The position numbers and the translations under genes are program-made. Source: the human T2T-CHM13v2.0 reference genome, Homo sapiens. From it: a stretch of 64,000 bases of DNA. The notes below the pieces were generated by a model, which saw nothing but the letters and a program-made list of their open reading frames with translations, made no database searches and was not told the origin of the DNA. This document shows, piece by piece, positions 14,560 through 27,900 of this stretch. The number at the start of each line of letters is the position of its first letter. The first letter of the stretch is position 1. The stretch lies in assembly GCF_009914755.1 (NCBI RefSeq), contig NC_060937.1, one strand, 5' to 3'.

Positions 14560-17215
14560 TACCAAATTACTTTTAAAGAAGAACATTTATAAACTTTATT
14601 TCACATTCTAATTGTAATAGCTTTCACTTTATGCAAACATGTCTATATCTACACTTTTGGTATCAAGCATAATTGGTCTACACAGCTTTTGTTTCACTAC
14701 TTTGAGTAAAGTTGATCCATAACAACCTGGCAGTTATTCCTGAGCATTGATATGTGAATAAAAAGTTTCTTTGAAAGAGCATTTTGGGTCCAGGCAAGGT
14801 GGTCCAGGCCTGTAATCCCAGCAGTTTGGGAAGCCCAGATGTGAGGATTGCTTGAGGGCAGGCATTTAAGACCAGCCTGGGCACATAGCAAGACCCCGTC
14901 TCTGTGAAAAACAAAATAAAAATGAGCATGATGGCACATACCATTAGTTCCAGCTACTCAGGGAGCTGAGGTAGGAGGATGGCTTGAGCCCAGGAGTTCA
15001 AGGCTGCAGTGAGCTATGAGGTGGCATCACTGTACCCCAGCCTGGGCAACAGAACGAGACCCTGTCTTTTTAAAAAAGAAAAAAAAAGAGAGCATGTTAG
15101 GCATTGATACATTTCTATCTCACTTTTTTGAGAGCTCAAGAAAATTAATTCATTACCATACATTTATTTCATTTCCAGAGCTTTTCATTTCTTTGTAGAT
15201 CCAAATATCAATCTGACAGCATATATTTTATGCGTGAAGAACATTTTTAATGTTTTTGTTGAGAAAGTCTGTGAGCAGTGAATTCTTAGAGTTTTTATTT
15301 TCCTGTGGAAGGCTTTATTGCCCTTTTATTATTAAAAGCTATTTTCTTTAGATATGGATTTCTTTAGATATGGGTTGCAAGTATAAATTTCTGGTTAGGA
15401 AGACTGAATTACTTTCTTTCCTCATTTTAAAGGTTCTTTAGTATCATCCAACTTGCCTAATTTCTGATATTGCTTTATTTGCTTCATTGTAGTGTTTCTT
15501 TTTTCTCTGGCTAACTTTAATATTTTCTCATTGTCCTTAGCCTTTTAGTATCTGATGTGTGTTTGTTTCTGATTAGTGTTCAAGAGCTTGTTGGATATGT
15601 ACTATATTAACTATAATTAATTTTGAAAACTTTTCATGATTATTTAAAAGAACTTCCTTCTTTTCCTTCTTGGATTCCTATCACACCTAAGTTAGAATGT
15701 TTAATATTGTTCCACAGCTCTTGAATTTCCTAGTGTTTTGGGTTTTTTTTTTTTATTCTCTTTTCCCCCTTTGTGTTTTAATTTGTGTAATTTTTATTGA
15801 CTGCTTCTTAAATTCACTGATTCTTTATTTGGCTCTATTAAATGTCTTGGTTGCTGTGTTTTTATTTTCCCCATTTTTTTATTCTTTTATAGAGTTTTTA
15901 TCCCTCAACTGAAATCACTCATTTCATCTTACATTTTGTCCATCTTTTTAATTAGAGCCTTTAAGGTATTTATTATAGTGATTTAAAATTCCCTCTCAGA
16001 CAAGTCCAATACCTGTGTCATATCAGAGTCTGGTTCAGATTTTATTTTGTGTATTCTTTAGAAGGTTTTTTCTTGCTTTTACATTTACATCATATTTCAT
16101 TTTCTTGGTGACATCATATGTAGGTAAAGCACAGTTTGAGCTAAATAATATGTGTACTTGGAATTGGGGACACCTTTCCCCTAAGTATTTAATGGAAAAG
16201 TCTGCATCAACATATTTAAGAGTGGTACTGATTTTGTAGGGTTATTGCTATGGTTGCTATTAGTATACCACAGGCTTCAAATTTCTGTATAAATACCTTG
16301 TATTTAGAGCAAGGTTGATTTTCCAGAGCAATGCCTCTCCAATGCTGAGTCTCAGGCCTTGCCCCTGTGCTGAGCCTCAGAAAGTCTCTTGGCATGCTCT
16401 GCTGTGACTTACAAGTTGAAGCTGCTTCACTTAACGGTGTACATTCTCTAATTCATAAAATGAGATGCATTCTCTAATTAGTAGTTAAACCTCAGTATTT
16501 GACCTGGAGTAATGTCTCAGGATCTGGGAGATACAGCCTTCTTTGTCCTGCTGCTTGTCTTCTGACTGTAGCTGTGGGCTCTATGTATCATCCAAGTACT
16601 TTTCAAACAATAGCTTTTGTTTTTTTGCTTTTTAAACCTGACATTTTTTTTTTTCAACTGCAATGTGGTTTCACCATTGCACTAAGGATTGCAGTTCTTG
16701 GTTTCCCTTCATTCCCAAAGAGTAAAGGTTTTGTTCTGTAGCAGAGAGGGAAACAAGTCCACGTGGAATTTCTTGCCCTTTTGTGCAGCTGCTTTTTCCT
16801 ACCCTAGGTTTGCACCACATGGTCATTTCTCAGGGCCTCTTCCAATTTTTCCTCTGAGCACTCAGCAGGGTTCATGGTGGATGTCTGAAAGAGGGTATAA
16901 ACTCCAATATCTTCAGCTCCCAGTGGTTTCACACTGTCCTGCCAGCCCACACTCAGCTTTCATTGGTCTACATCTATTCTAACTGAACTCTTCTTACCCT
17001 TGTATCTACTTTGGATAAATGAATCCTTACAGTTCTTTTTTCACTGCCTCCATCCTGTCTTGAGAATTTTGTCCAAGTTGGTTGCTCTGTGCTCTCCTCT
17101 TTAATAGGTTAAAAACATTGTGAATTTTGTTAGCCCAAATAACTTTACATTTTGTTGCAAGCATTGGAGTAATGTTCTTTCCAGGTCTCTGTAATCTGGA
17201 TTGGAAGCTGGAAGG
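14560..17215 (-). mobile_element. Ancient L1M (L1M4/L1MC-type) 5'UTR-ORF1 region, interrupted by AluJ
   Basis: T-rich degenerate ORF1 antisense sequence. 5'-end motifs GTTTCACACTGTCCTGCCAGCCCACACTCAG and CTGGATTGGAAGCTGGAAG. Boundaries are approximate. Confidence 0.6.
14787..15087 (+). mobile_element. AluJ (Jo-like)
   Basis: GAGGATGGCTTGAGCCCAGGAGTTCAAGGCTGCAGTGAGCTATGA and poly-A tail. Degenerate TSD around AGAGCAT. Confidence 0.9.
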
Positions 17216-18194
17216 CTGATAAAAATTTAAAGTCATAAACATCCTCAAAGTGACTTCTAGAGTAAAATAAAAGACTGAGTCCATGCTTTCATAATATTCC
17301 TTGTTCCCAACCATATTAAGTCAATAGAGGAGCATTTAATGAGCATGATTTCATAATAATTAAAGGAGCATCTCCACGGATGACAAATTTTAACAAATTT
17401 CTAGAATTTGAAAAGTGGATGACAGACTATTTATGGATGGCTTAGAGCAGAGAAAGTCACAGTCTGATGAAGGATGCTGAGAAGAACAAAGAAACCGAAG
17501 GAACTCTGGACTTAAGAGACAGCAGGTTTATCAGAGGAAAGGAGTGAGAGGTGGAGGCAGAAATCAGAAATCCTAACTGCAAACTTGAATGTCATTTACA
17601 TAACAGTATATTATGCATTCACACTTCCCACCTCTGCCTTTATTTAGAGATTGCAGGGCAGCCAGGAATTTGCCTACCAAGAGAAAAAAAAATACTATTC
17701 TTTTCTGATGGATTATATAATCCCTCTGGGAAAAGAGTGTACAGTTAATATGGATGTTGTTAATTTAAGAATAGCCTTCCTTTTTCTAGCATTTGGATAA
17801 ACCTGAACATAAGGTTTAGTTCCTCTCATGCTCACTGTAAAGGAAAGCCTCTATATAACTAATCTTTTCTTATTATTACAAGAAAAATTATAATTTGAAA
17901 TAATAATTTTAAGAATCACTTAACTGCTTACTGTGTGCCAATACTTTTCTGAGGTAAGATTTTGTTGAAAAACAAAACATTATCAGATATTTGAAAAAAA
18001 GCCAGAAATTGAAGGTAAAAATATTAATATTAAAAAGGCAGAAAAGTACTTTAAAATAAAAAAAAACAGATATGTGAGAAATAAGAAGACAAATATTTTT
18101 CAGACTAAAACCTCCAAATATTAGAAAAAAATAGAAAACTCATGGAGATCTTAGATTCATAGTGAATTCATTCTATGAAAATAGAAGTGGAATA

Positions 18195-18282
18195 ATGTAA
18201 GAAGACAAAATACGTAAAGTATGTAGCACAAAGCCTGGCACATATTAAGTGTTTGATAAATATTATGATTGTTATTATTATA
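18195..18282 (+). mobile_element. MIR/L2 3' end
   Basis: GTAAAGTATGTAGCACAAAGCCTGGCACATATTAAGTGTTTGATAAATATT followed by (ATT)n. Confidence 0.65.
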
Positions 18283-19169
18283 TTCCAAGCCTTCATGTGC
18301 TTGAGTAGAGGTGAGTCCTTTCCCTACAGCTTAAAAAGAAACAAAATAATTTGGTAGAATTATTCAAGAAAACCTTGAACTAAACTTGTCTATAAGGTTA
18401 GACAAATTAAACTTGTCTAACAAGTTCAAATTAAACTTGTTTAACAATATTATTGGTTATTCTTGTCTAACAATACTATGATCATTTCAACCAGTGACCT
18501 AAAGAAAGTCATTAACCAAATTAAGTTTCAACTGGGAGATGAGCTATGATATCTGTTTTCTTACCTATGAATTATTTTATTGTATTTTAATGTTGCTTCT
18601 ATTTTTTCCTTTAGGGTAAGGAATGGCATTAATTTCCTCTCTAAATGAATCAAGTAACAGGAGGATTCCACCAGTGAGCTGCCTGAGCTCCTCATTCTTT
18701 GCATCACCTGCCATCAGTGACAGGTTGTTTCCAAAGAACTGATAGTCATTTAACCCAGGAAGGTAAAGCCAACGTAAGAGACCTGGCAGCTAAAATGGAA
18801 TACCACCTTAACTGGCAGTTTCAATAAAAGTGTATGCCCTACAGAAAACAGATTAATTTAGCCTAATCTCCTTTCCTTTTTCCAATCTCCAATAATAGTG
18901 AATATACCAAGAGTGACAGTGGTGAAATATCCTCTATTCCAGATGATAGATAGAAAACACTGTGTTCAGAAGAAAGGATGATTTTTACTCTATTAGAATA
19001 GTGTTAAACCCACTTGACTCTATCACAGTCTAAGTTCTTTTTTTTTTAATTTTCCTGTGGAAATTATCTTAGTATAGTGTAAGTATTAAATGTGTGGTGA
19101 TTCCAGAACTTTATTGGTTTATGAACCTTAGATTAAATATGTAAAATGACTGTCTTCATACAGTCAGCA

Positions 19170-19630
19170 AGATTTCAGAGTTCAAACTGGAGAGGATGCA
19201 TTTGACATGCCTTTTGTGGGACCAAGTAGGAATGCTTAGCAAACATTAGGATATAGATGTCTGAAACCCAGAAAACAGGCCTAGGCTGGAGAAGTACAGC
19301 TGGTGTTCAGCATATAGGCGGTGTGATTAATGTGGGAATCCATGAAGCTAGCTAATGTGAGCATGTGCAGAAAGAGACCTAGTTTGGGTCCTTAAGATAA
19401 TTTTACTTGAATATTTTTAGTAAATAAGAGATTATAGGAGAATATGGAATCATAAAAGAGGAGGAAACAGTGTTTTGTTATCAAAAACTTGGTTCTCTTC
19501 AGTGAGTTTTGACTTTTAGGGAGTCAAGAAAGTCGAGCCTGTAAAACTATTTATTGGATTTTTCAGCTGGGGATGACAGAGCTGCAGTTGTTTTACTTGA
19601 ATGATGAAATATAAACCTGGTTAGAGTACA
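19170..19630 (-). mobile_element. L2 fragment
   Basis: Degenerate L2 antisense: TTTGACATGCC...GGATATAGATGTCTGAAACCCAGAAAACAGGCCTAGGCTGGAGA. Confidence 0.55.
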
Positions 19631-19726
19631 TTAGTTTATTAATTTGTTAGTTATTTTACCTGATTTAATTCAAGAGCTCTTGTGGATTAAGTGATTATCA
19701 AGAATTTTGTGGTATAAAGCAATAAT

Positions 19727-19955
19727 TTCTAGTGTTCAGTAGGACAGTAGGGTGACTGTAGTTAACAACAATATATTGTATATTTCAAAATTGATACAAG
19801 ATTTTTAATGTCCCCAAAGCAAATAAATGATAAATGTTTGATGAGTATCCTAAATACCTTGATGTGATCAATACACATTGTATGCATGTATAAGAAGACC
19901 ACATGTGCCCCATAAATATGTATAATCATTATGTGTCAATAAAACATTTAAAAAA
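19727..19955 (+). mobile_element. L1MA 3' end
   Basis: GTAGGGTGACTGTAGTTAACAACAATATATTGTATATTTCAAAA ... CACATGTGCCCCATAAATATGTATAA ... TCAATAAAA. Confidence 0.82.
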
Positions 19956-20077
19956 GGATTCTGAGGTATAGCAGAACACCTTTTTAATTGAAAAAGACAA
20001 AAAAAAAAGAAAAAGAGAGACAATAATTTCTGCTTATTTAACCTATAATCCAGTGGTAAAAGGCTGTCAGCAATAAC

Positions 20078-20178
20078 TTGGGAGGTCGAGGCTGAAATGA
20101 GCTGTGATCACACCATTGCACTCCACTCCAGCCTGGGCAACAGAGAAAAACTCTGTCTCAAAAAAAAAAAAAATAAAT
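20078..20178 (+). mobile_element. AluJ/FRAM 3' fragment
   Basis: GGAGGTCGAGGCTG...GAGCTGTGATCACACCATTGCACTCC...GCCTGGGCAACAGAG followed by poly-A. Confidence 0.85.
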
Positions 20179-20294
20179 ACAGTCAATAAATGAAATGAAT
20201 GAATAAAAATGGAGGCAGAGGGCTGTGAGTGCTATGAAAAAAAGGCAGAAAAAAATGGGAGATTTGATGGGAAGTTTGCAATTTTAGATAGCTT

Positions 20295-20788
20295 GGCTCT
20301 ACTACTTTTCTGTTGCTCTCAAAGATTACTAATTAGTGGCTTAAACCAAAAATTCAATATCTAATATTTCTTCAAGTAATAAGTTTGATACAAGTCTCAC
20401 TTGGCTAAAATTAAGGTGTTGCCAGAGCTTTATTCCTTTCCGAGGGCTCCAGGAGAGAATCCATTTTCTTCCCTTTTCCATCTACTATAGGCCACCCCCA
20501 TTGCTTGGCACATGACCCCTTCCTCCATCTTCAAAGCTAAAAAATGTACATGTGGTTCTCACACTGCCATCTCTCTGGTTCTCTCTCTTTCACTCAATAT
20601 AGACATAAAAGTTGTCCACTTTTAAAGGCTTATATGATTAAAGTATTGCCCATCTAGATAATACAAGACAATCTTCCCACCTCAGAGTCAGAAAAGTAAA
20701 TCACATCTGCAAAGTCCCCTTTTTCATTTAAAGTTAACATATATTTGCAGATTATGGAGTTAGAATATTCTTTATCCTACTTACCACA
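20295..20788 (-). mobile_element. MLT1D-like MaLR solo LTR inserted in an L2
   Basis: GGCTAAAATTAAGGTGTTGCCAGAGC...GGCTCCAGGAGAGAATCC...TCACATCTGCAAAGTCCC...ACCACA. Confidence 0.75.
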
Positions 20789-21395
20789 ATGGTCAAGGAA
20801 TGTCTCACCAAAAAATGACCTTTAAGTGATGACATAGAGGAGTTGAGGGGAAAACCTTGCCAATGTCTAGGAGAAATATCTCACAGGACAACATTAAAAG
20901 GCAAAGACTCTGAAGGAGGAGATATTTGTATATTTAAAGAACAGAGGTGACCAGAACAACTGGAGTGACTTAAGCTATAGTAGGAGTGGTGGTACAAAAA
21001 GCAACAGAGGCTAAAAGGGGAAGAGGCTGATAGAACACTGTAAAAATGTTAGTTTTACTGTCATTAGATGAAGAGCCTTTAGAAGATTTGAGTAGGATGC
21101 TTTTATAATGTAACTTTCAAGTTAATAAGAGCACACTGATTATAGTGTTTAGAATAGAATAAAAGAGGACTGGAATAGAAACTTGGAGACCACTCAAAAG
21201 GCTATTATGACTTGGACCAGGATAATAGCATTAGAGATTACAGTAGATGTTCTCATTACAGATATGTATTTTAATAGATGCAACATATTGTACTGATAGA
21301 TAGGAGGCGGGGTGAGAACAATAGAGTTAGATATGACTTCAAGTTTTTGACTTAGGTCACTATAAGGCCATTTATGGAAGTGGGGAAACCTTGCC
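20789..21395 (-). mobile_element. L2a fragment (also 20200-20294)
   Basis: GGTCAAGGAATGTCTCAC...GGCAAAGACTCTGAAGG...GCTATTATGACTTGGACCAGG typical of L2 antisense. Confidence 0.65.
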
Positions 21396-21503
21396 TCCAA
21401 TTTTCTATTTCTTGCACTTACCTTAATATCTCAACATTTTCAATGCAGTGTACCACCACGTCATTCTTGAAATGTTTTCTAGGTTTCCATGATACCTTCC
21501 TCT

Positions 21504-22244
21504 TGTAGGGGTGATTAGGGAAAGTTTACCCTTTATCCTCTGAAGTTTCACTGAAAATGAATTTACAATAGTTGCATTCATAGGAGAAAAAGTCACACAT
21601 TTATTAATGTGCATATGACCATGAAAATCCCTCAAATATGAGACTCAAAGGACCTGATAATCGAGGCTTAAATATTCTCTTATTAGGGGAGAGGAAACTG
21701 AGAGGGCTATAGGAAATTTTAGGTGGATAATAATAAATACTTTTTAGGGAAAATGAATGAACCTAGGCAGTAGACATTATCTTGTAAATGATTATTTTTA
21801 GAAAACAAAATGTGTCCAACAAGTTAGGTAAGGGCCCAAATTGCACTGTGAGCAAAGGTTGTCTTTTTATGTAGGTAAAGTCTCCTAGGTAATCGCTCTC
21901 AAAGCTTCCTTCAGAAGAATAGGCAGGAAATCTATCTGGGTACTGTGATTTTTAGTCTCTTTTTTTTCTAGGCTGATCTTTACTGGTTATTTGATGAGAT
22001 TCCTAGGGAGGGGACCTTAAGACAATTGCATTTCTCTTGGAAAGAAGTCTTCTTAGTCAGATAAGAAAATTCCAAAGATAGTCCTTCCTTGCACGTGGGG
22101 GTGGGGTGTGTGGGAAGAAACAAGAGAAGATTAGGAAGTCCTTGGTTCTGAAGCAGCTTCTAAGACCCTCCAATTTCTTCTAACTCAAAGTACTCAGCAT
22201 GCCAAAGAACCAAACTTGAGAGCATTGTTATCTGCACCCCAAAA
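21504..22244 (-). mobile_element. MER39-like ERV1 solo LTR
   Basis: The reverse complement has TTTGGCATGCTGAGTACTTTGAG near its start, as in MER39. 4-bp TSD CTCT at 21500-21503 and 22245-22248. Confidence 0.8.
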
Positions 22245-22373
22245 CTCTTCTGGTATACTTTCTTTGTCTTTTTAAAGTCCTGGCACCTTGTTTGTTCGGT
22301 TAAATATTTGAGTACCCGGGCTCTGTCACTAAGTTCCAGTCTGTTTTACTAATCCCCAAGCACCAGGTGATTT

Positions 22374-23159
22374 TGAAACTGACTTTGCAAAAATTATGAC
22401 AGTGAGAGAAGGCTAGAATGCCTGGCTCAGTTTTGCTTCTATCCTCTCAGGCTGGCTGACCTTGCTCATTCCTGGGTGTAGAGCAAGCTAACCATGGGAA
22501 GAATTTAGTTTGTACTTTAACTTACCAGCAAAGATGATAATAGTCCCTCCCTAAAACTGATCTCCTCCTTGTTTGGAAATGGAAATGACCTTTATAAGAT
22601 AAATAAAAGGCCACAAAATTAGGGTTATGGGAGTGGCCTGAATACTGCTCAGAAGTAGGCATAGGTAAACAATAACCAGCCATTGTTTCCTAGTTTGCTT
22701 TTCTATAATCCTCTGCTGCTTGGGAGTCTTAGAGCCAGAGGCCACAAGATTTTTGACTCCCCTAATTGTGTCTGTAGATAGGATCACTATTGCAGAACCT
22801 AAGATTGGTCTTTTGAGATGTTTTTCAGACTTTTGCATTCTGGTACCCACTGATTCCACCCAGACTCATGACTCATGACTCCAACAGTCCTGTGGCCCCT
22901 GCCCTAAGCACATGAGGACCATTTTCCACACCTGAATGATGCCATTCTCAACCAATTATCAGCACCTATTCCCTAGCTCCCTGCCCACCAAATTATTCAT
23001 AAAAACCCTAGTCTCTGAGTCCTTAAGTAAGCTGATTTGAGTAATAAACTCCCTTTCTCCTTCTTGGCTAGCAGTGCATTATTAAACTCTTTCTCTACTG
23101 CAATGCTGCTGTCTCAGTGAATTGGTTTTGTCTGTGCAGTGGGAAAGAAAGGGATTACA
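22374..23159 (+). mobile_element. LTR8A/LTR8B-like ERV1 solo LTR
   Basis: TGAAACTGACTTTGCAAAAATTATGACAGTGAGAG...GGATTACA. 4-bp TSD ATTT at 22370-22373 and 23160-23163. AP-1 motif TGACTCA at 22869-22875. Confidence 0.85.
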
Positions 23160-25236
23160 ATTTAATCTACATAGCAAATATTCCAGAATTTATCATATTA
23201 TCTGAATTTTAACCTTACTTACATTAGCACACATGATGTGAAACTGGCCCAATTATCCCATAGAACTGATATTTATAATTTTTTAAAATAAACATAGAAA
23301 TTGACCCTCCTGATCTTAAAGCATGAAACTTACATTTGTCTTATCTGAGTCCTTCCTTAGAAAACTAACCCTCAGGCCTGTTGGATAGTATAAAAGTAGT
23401 TAAACTCCCAAGATCACAACATTCAGATAATGAAAAGCCAGACCTCTCATCCCTTATGATTTTCTTTCCATTTCCTGATTCCTGTTTACCTACAAGTAGT
23501 TATATTCACTCCCTGCTATATAAACTCCCAATTTTAGTTGGTCAGGTAGATGGATTTGAGATTGATCTGCTGTCCTCCTCAGCTGCAGCACCTGAATAAA
23601 GCCTTCTGCTCTGATAATACTCATTGTCTCAGTGATTGGCTTTCCGTGTTGTGAACAGAAGGACCTCTACCAAATTCTTACCATTTTGGAAACAGATTTT
23701 GATTCCCTAACTAAGAATATGTTGCTTGTGGCATGGCTGCTGCAGACTTGAAGTTTCAGAAGCCTTCCTAAGCAGTTGCCAGTCCCTTTCATTGGCTGAA
23801 GTTGGGTTGTGGTTTCTCTCTGATCTCTCCACTTCCAGCCCCAGCTGTGTTCCTGATTGCCTAGGAAGAACATCCCTTGAAATTTGTCATCTGTATCTGG
23901 ACAAGTGAGTCTTTTTTCTTGGTACCAGACAGTGGAATCTGCACCACTCAATTTGGGAAATTCTGAAAAAATTTCTCTTCACAGGTTGAACAAGCCAAGC
24001 CGACTGGGAGAGGATAAATCACCCTGACTGTTTCAGTTTGGATATTCTTGGGGCTTGTTAGTTACTGCAACAGTTGGATTGTGTTTTGATGATTGTGTAT
24101 CAATATAGTCAAGGAAATCAGAATTAATGAACTCATAATCTTTTGTAATACTGTTTGGCCCCATATTCTTTGGGATCCAGGGAAGTTTTGCCTCTTTCTG
24201 GATCTATTTTGTGGTTGAAAGGGAAAATTGGATGGAGTTCTATGTATCCAAGCTTTTATGGTGCAGTTTTAAACAGGGTTGGGATTGGTTAGTATGTGAT
24301 GTTCTTCTGTGGTGCTGTTTGGCCCCAGTACTCTCTGGAGTCTGGGGAGGTTTTAGCCTTTAAAAATTATACTGCCATGGAAACTACTTTACCTGAAATT
24401 TTGATTCACAGCCTTCAGTAGATTACCTATTGTGGGAAACAACGTTTAACCATTTGAACATGTTTATAGACTGGTGAGTTTGTATTGCTGTCTCATGACT
24501 GCAGTTTCAAGGTAAAAGCTATCGAATCTTTGCGTATATACATGTTTGGATGTGTTTATGTGTATGTACATTTATTATGTCATATGTTATGTCTACCAAA
24601 TTGACTTATAAATGAAAGAGCACTTATATATTAAGTAAATATATCCAAGCATTTTTTAACTCACGTGACTTAAGTAAATCATTAATAAACAGGCTATCTT
24701 TAAAATTATTGGTAAGATATAAATAAAATGTCTTTGAAATTGTCAGCACATATTTCTGTCTGAGTTTTACATATGTCTCTGCTAGATATTATGAGATGTC
24801 AGAGTTTGGCACAGAAGGTGAGTAAACTATAAACCCAGACAAAACAAAATGATCTTCATTTGTGTGACCCTTTTAACTAATTAAGACTATTTAATATTGT
24901 TGGTTTAATGAAAATAGCTGAATTGTCTGAATTCTTGGTGAAAATACCCATGAAGTAACTTTAAGTTACATGAACACCTTGTATTCGCATGTTGTAAAAT
25001 GGTTAACAAGAAAATAATGATGAGCTTTTTCTAACATCTCAGTTCTCAAAAGTAATCTCGATAAAACTATTAAAAATGAGAAAAGTGAATGCAATGCAAA
25101 TTGGTACAATACCATTTAAAATCTCAAAATTATTTTTGATGCCTCTAGATTGTCTGAGTCATTTCCAAGTGAGAAAGGGTTTTAATATGGGAAAACATAT
25201 TTTTGAAAATTATGGAATCTTCTCATCTATAAAATG

Positions 25237-27129
<1,893 letters not shown>

Positions 27130-27620
27130 TTTTTCAGGGAATGTCATTTTGTTTCTTATGCATTTCCAACAATTCATCATTTGCTTTATTAATATAAAGT
27201 TTCTAAGCCACCTTTGTCAAGCCTCCAAAAATTGCTAGAGCACATCAGCCATTCAATATTCGATTGGTTTTGCTTACTTCTGATGATCTACAGAGCTATC
27301 AGAGCTTTAAGCTTCCTGGAGGGAAAAAAAAGACTCATTTTTATAAGTTCTGAACAGAACTAATCAATTCTTTATTTTGTTATTTGGAAAAGTAGGTGAG
27401 AGTAGAAATCTTTAAATGGTGTTTATTACCAATGTAATTCAATTCAATCAATAATTTGATTTGGTTTTAGATATTTTCCTTTAGTTAATGAGGAAAAACT
27501 GTGATGTGAGTAGGAAGTTTTAATGTGTGGGGAAGACTGACTTTCTAAGAAAATTAGATTGACTGGGATTTCTCTCAAGCTACTTTCTGTTTACCATTAT
27601 TAAAATTAAGGGGCATTCAC

Positions 27621-27900
27621 TTGGATAAAGAAGCTAGGTCGTGTATAAAACAACTAGGAGATATATTAACCAGTCTCTCTGAGTTTGCTTCCAACAGGCT
27701 TCAGTTCCCTATAGACATGCCTCGTCACGCTTTGAAACTAAAGGACCAGGTCTTTCTGAAGACCTGGAAATTCAAACAAGTTGAAAACCAGCTGCAACCA
27801 CCATGGGTCAGGCCTTTTGAAGTACTATAACCACCCATTAATCTGTCAGGTTAGCTGATGGTAAGCCATGGATTTACCAAACTTAGATAAAACCAGTCCC
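27621..27900 (+). pseudogene. Retroviral integrase C-terminal remnant (LOR1-int)
   Basis: ORF 27621..27830 KDQVFLKTWK...QLQPPWVRPFEVL resembles the gammaretroviral IN C-terminal GPY/F region. It is truncated by a stop. Confidence 0.65.

Noticed and set aside
23700-23717. G-to-A changes in the LOR1 PBS as APOBEC3 hypermutation
   Set aside because: There are too few sites and they are confounded by age and CpG decay. A consensus alignment would be needed.
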